Below are positions 21,489 through 32,118 of a stretch of DNA of 34,685 nt, piece by piece. Origin of the DNA: Perkinsus olseni (taxonomy: Eukaryota); NCBI GenBank assembly GCA_013115125.1, contig JABANN010000370.1, positions 1-34,685 on the forward strand. The letters run 5' to 3'. Below the pieces are notes generated by a model. That model saw only the letters and a list, made by a program, of their open reading frames with translations. It was not told where the DNA came from and made no database searches. The stretch's first letter is position 1. Every line of letters begins with the position of its first letter. Both the position numbers and the translations under genes were made by a program.

Positions 21489-23735
21489 CTACGCCTTGTT
21501 CTCGGCAGGGGTGTCTTTCATGGAATCGAACTCTTTGACGATCTTGTCTTTTATGTTGACATCCTCCGAGACGTCATCAGCTGCTGTTGACTTATCCTGC
21601 TCATCGTCCTAAGCCAGGGATACTAGCCGCTTTCCACCGAGGAACGTGACTTCTACCTCAGCCTCGTCGGCAGAATCCTCATCAGGCGACAAGTCAGTGA
21701 TAGGATCTGTTGCAAGATCATCGTCAAAGCCGCCGAACATATCATTCCTCGGCTGAGGCTTGGTAGTCTGTACGAAGATAAGATGCCCGTCCAGTGGCAG
21801 CAGCAGCACAGATCGGAAGGCTTACGATATCTCTGACCATCTCACTCATGGAGAGGTTCACCTCCGCTCCGTCAAGGAAATCGTTTACGTAAAACGATCT
21901 GAGAATACGATACTACAACGAAGTGGATGACTGAGGCCACTCACGATAGTTGAACAGCATCCAGAGGGAACCTATCATTGACCACATCAACAGAGTCTGT
22001 GAACGCCTTAGGGAGGAGCTTATAGTCCACTGTACTGTAGAACTGTGGCATGCGTGTATCTGATAGTAGTGATAGCAGACGCACCCCTGTGAGGGATAAC
22101 GCAAGCATTGAGCCCTGAGGATACCATGCTCATTCAGCCAGCTCAATAGATGCTCATATGAGGGGTGCGTGATGGTCTGCCAGCCCAAACTCCGAGATGT
22201 AAAACGACTGAAGCTCTTAGCTGGATCCACGATGGGTGCCCCTCCCAACGAGACGTAGTGCAGCACTGTTTTAGTGTCCTGCAGCAGGGGCAGTATGTAA
22301 ATAAGATGTGTTCACTAGTTACCTCATCATCAGTAGTGGCAAGCTCCTTCATAGTAGCGTCCAGGACAGCGGTCTTTACGAGAGCATCGTAGGGTTCGGG
22401 GGAGGCCAGTAAGAGATGTCGCACTCGTGTCTGGTACACCGAGACCTCAGGCCCCGCTACGAGCCGTCCCCTGGCCGATGCTTACCTCATCCTTATCCGC
22501 CGAACGCTCGATGACACCAGACTCACTCGCTATACTTCTGATGACATCCAAAGTCTCATCCAGTACTTCCATGAATTTCTTTTGGCTGGAGGGCTCCAAG
22601 AAGGTGAGAGCGTCCTCGGCTAAGAGCGGCAACTCGTACCTGGAGGAGGAACCACTGTGCAGCAACATGCCGCACTGAGGATGAAGACTTACTCGCTGGT
22701 AGTGTCGCCTCTATTAAAGAGCCTTCCTAGCCGCATCCAAGCGGGGCCTTGTGACCATCGTCCCAACGCCTCCACCTTCGTCGTTGGTGAGGTCACGTCA
22801 TCATCCGCGGAGAACAGGCATGACCGAGGACAGCTCGATGCACAGCTGATTCTAGAACACAAGGAACATGGCCTGAACCCAACTCCTTCCCCCCTGTTAC
22901 ACTGCGGCATCTTGGACAGCACTCGGGGCGACCTCTTTCGTAACTACCTCTACCCCACGCCCAGCCAAGAGCACTCGGGCCACTGGGGCCACCTCATCGG
23001 GGCAATAGAGCGTAACAGGAGAGTATCCCAGGGCTACTGCCATGGCGCTGAGGGGAGGAGTAGCCAAGAGTATCATCTGGAGAAGGGACCTCACCTATCA
23101 GTGATGGCCTTCAACAGATTCCCCTCATCGGCGTCGGTGATGACGGCAGCTGTTTTACCATTCCCAGGGGTATAACGACCAACCCTCCCGCTGCCTACGG
23201 ACAACTGAGTAAGGGGAGACTGCCGGTGAACTGGTGCTACCTTGATTAGAGGTAGGGTCCTCCAAAGAGGATACCACTGCATCAATCTCACATAGTTTAC
23301 CCACCACAGTGTTCGCTGCTGAATCATAAAGGGTTGGCTGACGCAGGAACCAGACTTCGACTGCAGAACTGGTGCTTAGGCTTACTTGAATAGCCTTTGC
23401 AGCATCAACCAGACTCGCTTTATTTAGAGGGACAGGCTCTTCCAGTTCACCCGTCTTGGCTCCCTCTACAACCTTAGCAACCGCCAAAGGGTCAGCATCA
23501 CCACTCTGAAGGCAATGATAGGCCACAACGCTGGCAATAGGTGAGTAGATACTACATCCTCGTTCTCCTTCGTTTCAATGTCACTGATGAGGCCTTTCAC
23601 GGTGGTTTCGACATCACTGTTCGTCCTGGCTGCCGTAGCAAAGCCTCGGAGGGCAGTAGATAAGGACGCTACACCAGACCTTAGGACAGGACTTGATGGA
23701 AGCAGCTTGAGACTACTCAAGGTAGACATACTCAT
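21489..23735 (-). CDS. Multi-exon hypothetical protein with a mitochondrial-presequence-like N-terminus and an acidic C-terminus
   Basis: MSMSTLSSLKLLPSSPVLRSGVASLSTALRGFATAAR is Ser/Arg/Leu-rich with no acidic residues and an RGFAT-type cleavage context. A chain of minus-strand exons flanked by GT/AG follows. The last exon DDEQDK...KDTPAENKA* ends at 21489. No family recognised. Confidence 0.6.
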
Positions 23736-23914
23736 AATAAATTGGTAGAACTGAGAACATCTCCCATGCTACTACGTCCTCTATACCGGAGTAGACAGCG
23801 CCCATCCCCGGGGCGGATTGTGAGAGCATTGAAGACTTCTCCAGCGCAATACTGTTGAAGTGGGTATAATCGAAATCTTCAACATACTCTCGTCCTCGGT
23901 CCTCCTTGTCACTT

Positions 23915-24348
23915 CTACTCCTTACGGCTCCCAGTGCCCTTCGTCTTCCCTGACTTACTCTCCTTCTTCTCTAACTCATCCAAGTACTTATGATGGCATA
24001 GCGTGAATAGCGTAATGAGAATGGCGAAGAGGAGCACATGGGTGAGGTTGTACTCGAAACGGTTGTGCTGAGAGAGATCAGTGATGCACTCCTCTACGAT
24101 CATCAGCCCAAGGCATCAACTACCTTGAAGGGCAACGAGTTCTGTAGGAAGTTACCGAATACTCCAGTACGAGCCCTCTCCGTTACTACTACGAACTTAT
24201 AGAAGAGGCTCAGCACGTATCTAGAGCCCAACCGTGCTAGCAGGAACTAGCGTGATGGATAGTACAGTGACAGTCCTGATAAACAGACGACGAAGGCCCC
24301 AGTGACAAGGGCATCCAGTAGACGACTGATACTAACAATGGCAGTCAT
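23915..24348 (-). CDS. Small membrane protein (~110 aa, two hydrophobic segments), at least 3 exons
   Basis: Spliced reading MTAIVSISRLLDALVTGAFVVCLSGL..YVLSLFYKFVVVTERARTGVFGNFLQNSLPFK|HNRFEYNLTHVLLFAILITLFTLCHHKYLDELEKKE... A GTAAGT site near 23958 may add a further exon, so the 3' end is uncertain. Confidence 0.55.
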
Positions 24349-24537
24349 AGTAGGGGATAGTAGTTACCGCTAAAAACCTGACAACATCCATTGAGCGCAC
24401 GTTCTGTGAAAGATTTCCATTTCCCACCAAGAATTTTTCGAGTTTCTCGCGCGCCACAAAATTACGTTGGCGCGTGAAGGTCGGTCGTCGTCATTCACGA
24501 CTAGTCACCATCATATGTCTTAGTATTGCCTCTGACC
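24349..24537. promoter_or_regulatory. Putative bidirectional promoter between divergent genes
   Basis: 189 nt lie between divergent ATGs (24348 on -, 24538 on +). The interval contains an inverted pair, CGCGCCA (24450-24456) and TGGCGCG (24468-24474). Confidence 0.4.
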
Positions 24538-24920
24538 ATGTCCACTGCTGATGGAGGTTTCGACTTTGATGCAGTATTGGTAGTAGATGGTTTTGGGTGG
24601 TAGTAGGAGGCTTTCAGACGACCCTTCTCCTGCTTCAGAGAGCTGATAACCCTCCCGCTGGGGGTGATGCCGCTGATAACAATACAGCTGGCATGTTCGG
24701 TGGGGGTATTGCTGATCTTGAGAGTCAAGTCGCTGTGACTTACCTCTGTGGAGAGTGCGGAGCGTAAGATAGTAGGGGGAGGGAGTGTTGGTGAGGTAGT
24801 AGTGTGAACAGGTACGTCGACATAAAACCTCATGATGCAGTAAGATGCCGCGAATGTGGACATCGTATATTATACAAGCTGAGGCAGAAGCAGAGGCCCT
24901 GTATCTATGAGGCACGATAG
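24538..24920 (+). CDS. RPB12: DNA-directed RNA polymerase I/II/III shared subunit RPB12 (RPABC4); exons ~24538-24579, 24639-24763, 24812-24920
   Basis: The spliced product ends VTYLCGECGA|YVDIKPHDAVRCRECGHRILYKLRQKQRPCIYEAR*, the diagnostic RPB12 zinc ribbon with a C-terminal EAR. Absent from the ORF track. Confidence 0.95.
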
Positions 24921-25060
24921 GGCCGATGATGATGACGTTTCCTATGATGGTCGTCGTCTATTGCACTATTGTCAAGCAGCAGCACGTTACTCATTCTATA
25001 AACGGCTTCCGCGTTGGTGTCGGGTGAGATGGGAACTTCTCTCTATCAGGAGTTCCTGTC

Positions 25061-26683
25061 ATGGCTAAGGTAGAGGTCCCTACCAACTCTCGAGGGGAGC
25101 AGCTCCTGCGGGTCAAGTCCCTCACAGGAGCGGCCAAGATCCACCTCGGTCTGCGGAGGGTCGAAGCCACCGAAGCGGACCTCATCCGCACCCTCGGTGT
25201 GTCGGGAGTCGCAGCGGAGCGATGCATGGAATTCCTCACACGGGATGAGGGGAACTCGAGAAGGGGAAGGGTGAACAGTGATGAGCTCGTGGCTGGCTTG
25301 GCGTGGTCCTGTGGTAATGAGACAGTTAATGCTAAGTTAGCCTTCGTGGAAGAGATCGGTGTCAGCCCAGACGCTGTTGCCATTGGAGTGGCCAGGGTCG
25401 GAGGATATTCCGAGGTACCCTCTCACCGTGAGTTGATGATACCCACGTCCCCTGCAGGGGCATCACCTGACTATTCGACTAGTGTAATAACTAAACTCAA
25501 AGTAATAGGAGTAGAGGTCAATCGGGAGGATGAGGGGACGGAGCCTATGAGTGGTGAGCCTGAGTGGATGGATGTACTACGGGAGAGGGGGCAGTTGGGG
25601 GCTCGTAAGGCTTGGATACCACGCCAGCCTTTGGTTGAGATGACATCAATCAGCCTGCTTGGCAATCGGAGGTTGAAGCTGGCAGGAGCCGCAGCGAACA
25701 CTTCCTCTGAAGAGTTGACCATGAGTATAAAACAGGTTGAGAGATTATACTACGTCTTCAGACTACTGGACTCCGATAATTCTGCCTTCATAAAGCTGGA
25801 GGACTACGTGAATCGGATGCAACGGACGGGTAAAACAGTGAATACAAGGTTCATGTCCTGGGCACACAAGTACATAATATCCCACGTCACAGAGGAACGA
25901 CTAAAGGCTTACGTGGGGTTCAAAGATATTCTCCACATACTCTTGCCCAACTGCTCAGAGGCCTCCATCGAGGGCCTCATGCAAGAGCATAGGGAATACT
26001 ATAGGAGCCTCCAGGAGTTGGAGGCTTCCGCGTCGGCGACAAACGGGCAGCCGAGTAGATCTTTCGTTCCAGGGATGAAGGGCAAATTATCAGGGCTCAC
26101 CGTGGATGATCAGGGAGCCGCTGATGCCAACCTTAGTCGTAGGAGTAGGCGACCGACTCAAGGGGAGAGGGACTTGCATCACGACGGAGTTGAGATATCT
26201 TTGGAAAGGCTGATGGAACTTAGACGATTATTCGATATGATAGATTACAATGGCAGAGGGGTGGTGGACCTTAGGCAGCTGAGGGGATTCTTCTCAGACG
26301 CCCTTGATGATCTCAATGATCTTGATAGGGTATTGGTCAGACTCAAGGGGAGGAACACGCTCGCTGAAGATGCCAGCAAAGTAACATTCACTCGAGATGA
26401 CTTTATAAACATGATATTACCAGAGGGGTTAGTCCCGTGTGCATACCCGACACCCCGATCCATGAAGGCTTCAAGCGAACAGCTCTGGCGATGCCGGCAT
26501 GCACGGGTGTTATCAGCTCTACAGATACCCGCTGCCTTGCAGGGATATGACCATCCACAGGACCCTGTGGAGGTGAGAGCTCTCCAACCCTCCCATCAGG
26601 GCATTTTCTCTCCTGGTTCCAGGTACATGCTGATACACTTGATCCCGTGGTTGACGCTAACGGCTTGTCACGCACTGCACTAG
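25061..26683 (+). CDS. EF-hand domain protein (several degenerate EF-hand loops)
   Basis: 540-aa ORF with helix-loop-helix segments VFRLLDSDNSAFIKLEDY and LFDMIDYNGRGVVDLRQL. A strong GTGAG...CCAG intron (26573-26622) would extend the 3' end to about 26826. Confidence 0.75.
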   Translation: MAKVEVPTNSRGEQLLRVKSLTGAAKIHLGLRRVEATEADLIRTLGVSGVAAERCMEFLTRDEGNSRRGRVNSDELVAGLAWSCGNETVNAKLAFVEEIGVSPDAVAIGVARVGGYSEVPSHRELMIPTSPAGASPDYSTSVITKLKVIGVEVNREDEGTEPMSGEPEWMDVLRERGQLGARKAWIPRQPLVEMTSISLLGNRRLKLAGAAANTSSEELTMSIKQVERLYYVFRLLDSDNSAFIKLEDYVNRMQRTGKTVNTRFMSWAHKYIISHVTEERLKAYVGFKDILHILLPNCSEASIEGLMQEHREYYRSLQELEASASATNGQPSRSFVPGMKGKLSGLTVDDQGAADANLSRRSRRPTQGERDLHHDGVEISLERLMELRRLFDMIDYNGRGVVDLRQLRGFFSDALDDLNDLDRVLVRLKGRNTLAEDASKVTFTRDDFINMILPEGLVPCAYPTPRSMKASSEQLWRCRHARVLSALQIPAALQGYDHPQDPVEVRALQPSHQGIFSPGSRYMLIHLIPWLTLTACHALH

Positions 26684-26948
26684 ATCTTCCCCAAATACCA
26701 CCCTTACCATCACCCGCCGCTCCACCGTCTTCCGGCGGTGACGGTACCTCCCCTTCGGGAGGGGAGGCCACGATGATGATGCTCAGTGACAATCTCATGC
26801 GGCATTGTTGTAAGCTTGTACCGTAGTCCTACTACTGCTGAACCAGCAGTATTCCCTGCCGCTATCGAGTTGGAGACTCAGCAAGTTCCTCTCTACAGTG
26901 TTCCTCATCCCCCCTTCGAATGCCGTAGTCGCCCTCCCCTCATCCTCG

Positions 26949-27009
26949 ATGGGTTGTTTCCCCTCCTCCGCCGCAGCTGGTGCCCGGTACGCCGTGCCTT
27001 CCATCAACC

Positions 27010-27057
<48 letters not shown>

Positions 27058-28507
27058 CTGGATCCAGTAGATCGAGCAGTAGCTTCCAGGGCCCTCTGAG
27101 GCCTATCATAGTGGTGTCTCCCATCACGCGGAAGGCTAAGCCCTCATTATTTCCTGCCGACCGACAGCATCCGCTTTCCGCCACCGTCACATCTCCCCAG
27201 AGTGATGAGATTGCAGTTTCTAAGTGGGAGTGGAGGAAGAACAGGTATAGCTGGCTTGTCTCATGATACGCGCTTGAGTGAGGCATTTCAGAAACGAGGA
27301 GTGGCGGCCGTTTCCCTGGGCGGTGGAGAGGGAGCTTGAGACCTCCTACCTAACCTTCCTCAACTCAGCCACTCAGGGCGCCCTCGTACAAGATTTTGCC
27401 AACTTCCGTGTGGTCATAGCCGGCAATCATTACCGTATTAACTTCATCGATATGGTACAGTACAACTCCTCGACAGGGATGGGCCGGCCAGTGAGGAGAA
27501 TGCTACCACCAGTAGAGGTGCGGGCGGATCCGACCAGACGCCTTCCGGGCGGGGTACAATGGAAATGGTTTGAAGTGCAGACCCGAGACCTCAAGCTTGT
27601 GAAGGAAAATACCGCAGCGCACATCGAGATGCTTTACCGTTTGTTTAAGGACGGGTCGTGCTCGAGCCGCGCTAGGATCCCCCTCTTCGATGGACATGGT
27701 GACACGTTGTTGGTGGACTTTAGATGGATGACCTCTATGAAGAGTGGTGGGGTAGTCCGTCCCCTCCTGAGGACTGAGCATGGAAGCGTTACCGATCCCG
27801 CACTGCATATTGAGGATGATGATGACGTGGCTGCGATGGTGATGCAGTATCACCCATGGTTGACGCGGGCCAGACCAGACAGGAGGAGGGAGCCGCATGC
27901 CGACTGGCTGACCGACAAAGTATTCTTTAATAAGATATTCCTACCAGCCATGGAGAAGGCTGGCTTCACGGTGACGGCTAAGGCCAGGGAAGATATCTTC
28001 GATTATTCCTACAATACCGACTTTCGACGAACTCGCAGCAGCGGGAGGGTGGAGATGCGGGGTGGGCAAAGATACTTCCCCCCTCACGGTTGGAAGAGGT
28101 TCGCTGTGGCAGTTCGTGGACGTTACGACTCTGGTGATAACTCCTGGCTTGGCTTGGCCAACACCGACGGTAGAGAGTGGGCTGTGGCTTATCACGGTAC
28201 TAGTGCTGCCAACTTGCCAGGCATCTTAGCACGGGGTATCAGACCGGGTACTAGGCAGAACTACTCTCAGGAGGTTGGAATAACACAAGGGATATATTGC
28301 TCTCCCCATCCAGACACGGCTGGGGTATATAGCGATACAATACTGGTGGAAGGTAGACGGATTGGCGTCATGCTGCAGTGTAGGGTAAGGCCAGCGGCTG
28401 TGAGGCAGTGCCAGTCTCGACAGGACTATTGGGTCATTGAAAGCAGTGATGATGTACGACCCTATGGAGTGCTAGTTCGAGAGCTTTTCGATGATAGTGA
28501 TGGCTGA
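26949..28507 (+). CDS. Tandem-WWE, PARP-fold (NEURL4-like) ADP-ribosyltransferase with an MGCxxS acylation motif; exons 26949-27244 and 27292-28507 (503 aa)
   Basis: Intron 27245-27291 rebuilds WWE1 (KWEWRKNR|NEEWRPFP..ELETSY..YRINFIDMVQYNSSTGMGRPVRR). WWE2 reads QWKW..HIEMLY..VDFRWM..RPLLR. ART core reads YFPPHGWKRF, WAVAYHGT, GIYCSP, Y, LQCRVRP, DYWVI, DVRPYGVL. Confidence 0.8.
27012..27056 (+). repeat. (GAT)15 perfect repeat encoding poly-Asp
   Basis: Read directly; in frame with MGCFPSS... Confidence 0.9.
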
Positions 28508-28637
28508 GGCTGAGACTTTTGCTGGGCATGCCAGCTAGGACGGTCGGTCCGTGTCTTGTGAGTCTTTTTTGTTTTCAATATGAGACGGCGTCGACCGGGA
28601 AGTGATGATTGTTAGCATTTACTCCAGACTTCTCCGG

Positions 28638-30150
28638 ATGGGGGGTCAGCTCTCCTGGTGCTACTACCCTAATAGGAAGCAGTCCTCCTATCACAGCAGG
28701 GCGCGACCTTCTTCTTCTTCGTGGACTGACTCATTCTATATGCCGGGCAGTGGCTCACCAAGGGTGTTTGACCATAGGCCTAGTGCTAATAATAATATGA
28801 TACCGTAGGAGGCTGATCAGTGTCATATGCACTGAATATTGCGCTGCTTTTACCTCAGATCGTTGCCTATCAAGAAGCGTGAAGGCAGGAAGATCAGTCG
28901 GGTCCGTTCCACCAGGGCTTTTAGCCCTTCTTTGGATACGGCGTTGTTGCAGAAATATGCCACTCCACGAGAGCGTACGGGGAGCACCACTCCTTTGACG
29001 ACAGCCCGATCTGCGGGGTTCACTACTCCGAGGTCTTACAGAGACAAGAGGCGATACACTGACAGGAAGGAGAGGGCAATCAGCACTTCGTAGGCCTCCT
29101 CTTCCTAATGGCCTCCAGACTCGGACTGATACTTGCCTTAGGTCCAAACCTAGCCTAGTCATTGAGGAAGATATGGAAAAGAAGTTGCGACGGATAAGAG
29201 ACAATCGGCTCAGTCTCGACGAAATCATCTCCCGTACCGATGACCTCCATGCTATGATACACACTGCTCGTGCAAGACTTACATGATCGTCCTCATGCCG
29301 TTGTCATCAATCTATGCTGTTCAATCGGCTGTGTTGCGCAGATGAGTTTGCTTACTGAAAGGGGTTGTATTGGAATACTCTCATCCGATCGCCTCAAGAC
29401 ACTGTCAGTACTCGACTGATCCCAGTATTGAACAGACCGAGTGGTGATGCACCCCGGCACTAGCCCTGATGCCTCGAGATCGTCATCATCTCGCCAGGGC
29501 AGTCAGCCATCATCGGGAGCACTGGCTTCATTTTCTAGCGAGGATATCAGAGCGGTGAAAAGGGCCGAGGAGTCTGTCTGGCTCCAACAGGAGCAGCGAC
29601 GCATTAGATGGCTACAGCGGCTCAAGGAGAAAATATCCGACGAGGAAGAGCGAGAGTAGGACCCGTTCTTCGATCCTGCAACTGCCTCGCCCGTCTTCGA
29701 ATACAGCTTTTCCCGTGCGGTATTACTCGATGCCAGATTTGAGTGTGTACAGAAGGCTAAAAGGGCGAGGCTCTCGCGGTCGAGGATTCCTCGTACGGCG
29801 CCGACGACCCACCGTTATGAGAAGTCGCGGGTGAATAGACCCAGGCCCAGGGCTAGGGAGGAGGAATCGAGGTTGGACTCCGAGAGGGAGTCCACAGAGA
29901 TCAGAGGTACGGCTTCTCCGCTGTCATACAGCCTATTGCGGCATTGAACGGATCACGACTTGCACTCAGTGCAATGCTTTGTGGGATCGTTGCCGTGGAA
30001 AAAATTACACTCATGTCAGTTCTCCCTGAGGCATATTGCGGAAGCGACGATGATATTGAAAGCGATGAAGACTCCAGTGATGACGAAGCTCTTGGCGACA
30101 AGGACGACAAGCGGAATGATGGCGCCGGTGAGTCGTGGGGCTGGGGTTGA
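28638..30150 (+). CDS. Multi-exon low-complexity, coiled-coil-rich hypothetical protein starting with a myristoylation-like MGGQLSWC
   Basis: Exon-like segments: RSLPIKKREGRK.., EEDMEKKLRRIRDNR.., AVKRAEESVWLQQEQRRIRWLQRLKEK.., and an acidic last exon ending GESWGWG* at 30150. Confidence 0.5.
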
Positions 30151-30982
30151 ACTGGTCTAAGCAGCGCGTATAACATCAATTGTTGATTCGAATGACGAGG
30201 ATGCTCGAACGATATATACGCAGCTGTTCAACTGGTTTAATCGGCCTTAACGCCTCGTTATCCAGCTATTTCGGCATAATCGATACATCATGTGGATCTG
30301 TGTTGAGGACGAGCTCATCGTGTCAGAGCGTGATTGACTTTGGAGTACGGTCTGCGTGTTGAAGTGATGTGAACAGTGAAAATCCGTGAAGTATTTATTT
30401 TATTCCGCCAGTTTGAAAGCTGTCTTGTGTTCAGGCATCCTTTCCCCTGGCCACCCGACGACGGCGGAATGCCCGCAGGTACTCGAGCAATATCTCCCTG
30501 TAGCCTATATCAGCGTGCCACCTAAGCCTTTATAGACGTGGGACTGATTCTTGTGTTTATTACGAGTGTCTTTCGCCGGCGATATTCAAACCCTGGTAGA
30601 TAGCAACTCATCGAAGTTCGCATCATTGGTGTCAGTGATCATGTTATTTCTCTGTGACAACACTCGTTTGTTCGAAACTGTCAGGCGCGGATAAAACGAG
30701 CATCAGACGCGACGCCAGGCATAAGCGCTGTTTTTTGACTCGGTCTCGCACTCGTGAACACAGAAGCTGAGACTCGTCCTGTTAGTAACATCGACAGCAT
30801 GCGTCGTGGATAAGGAGCGAGATATCTTGTTATGCATAAACAGCGAGGGCATCCGAAAGAGAGTCTGCCATCGTGCGTTCAGCTTGCCTCGTCAGTGCCT
30901 GATCGATGACAACCTTCTGATTAGTCTACTTCTAGCGAAGTCTGATCTATGCTGTTTGGAGAAGAGGGAGAGATGATCGAGC

Positions 30983-32118
30983 TCAACGCACTAGAGTCCC
31001 ACCCGAGTCGAATCTCGGTCGCTTACGAGGAGGACCATCATCTTCTTCCTCTGAGCTGTCGCTGAGAGAGGACCCAAGGAAACGACGTCGGCTATAGACT
31101 TTATTTTGACTGAATCCCAGCGTTTCGGATGGTCAACATTGAGAAGGTGTTGTGAACAAGGCAGGAGATGGTATGACGGTTATCTCACCGTGTACAGCCA
31201 CACATTCCTATGATGTACTTACGTCTCGATCGGGGGGCTACCAAGGCCGGTGCTCCCGTCCCATGGATAATACCGGGCTACCTCCGCGATCCTGCAAAAT
31301 AGAGGCCACTGAAGGCTACGTGCGATCTTGGTTCGATCGGCGTTAGGGTAAGCCTAAGGTTTGAGGCACCCCTACCATCTGTTGATTGATTCTCTCGTCC
31401 AGTACTGATTCTCACGCTCCTGGTTGTATCTGCGATAGAGAGCTACCACGAGCCAAAATCAAATTAACGAGCGTGAGCGCTCTCACCTGGTTCCTGCGCG
31501 GTCTCCGATCATTATAAGATACCTTCCAGTTGTCCGTTCTCTCACCAAGAGCATGACACTAGAACTCCCAGAATATGAAGATAGACTCATCGCGGTGAAT
31601 TGGGCATCCTCAGAAGACGCAGTGCCATTGTCCCATATGATCGCTTTGCCTGATACTGACCCGCCGTTCTTTGACATATTATAGCGCAGTATTCCACTTG
31701 AATACTTGATAGCGGCTACGAAGTTGGGTTTTTTGCTGAGGAATGAGTAGTCCACTCCCATTAAGGCTTCCGGCCCTAATCTAATGGGGCGTGATAGGTG
31801 GACCATCCGGCCATCGATGTTCATCCTAAGCCCAGCGTCCTCCCTCTCAAGCGAGAACAGCTGATAAGCCTGCTCTCTGGACAGTTCGCGTTGCCTGTTC
31901 GATGAAAAGTTGTCATATCTTTCACTTGTATTGAAGTTTGAGAAGATGAATGTGATCGGGCCATCCGGTTCACCAATTGCGCAGATCACGCGGTGATTGG
32001 GCTCCGTCTGATACACACAGTGGACGTCGTCGTCTACACCCGCAAGACAGATGGAAAATACCAAAGCGAAGAAAGGAAGGGCAAGCGGCAAGGGGACGCA
32101 GGTCGATGTGATGGCCAT
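30983..32118 (-). CDS. Secreted-type protein (signal peptide) with a C-terminal acidic patch and NLS-like motif; exons 32118-31487, 31429-31376, 31291-31223, 31061-30983 (277 aa)
   Basis: Hydrophobic N-terminus MAITSTCVPLPLALPFFALVFSICLAG. Three phase-2 GT-AG introns with pyrimidine-rich acceptors keep the frame: ..AGTR|YNQERENQYWTRESINRW|IAEVARYYPWDGSTGLGSPPIET|DSSEEEDDGPPRKRPRFDSGGTLVR*. Confidence 0.7.

Noticed and set aside
24501-24915. Two minus-strand ORFs (120 and 131 aa)
   Set aside because: They overlap the spliced RPB12 gene on the + strand, which explains the region.
31450-31459. ATTTTGGCTC on the minus strand, resembling part of the dinoflagellate/perkinsid spliced leader
   Set aside because: Only 10 nt, inside an intron, and lacking the CCGTAGCC and AAG parts; consistent with chance.
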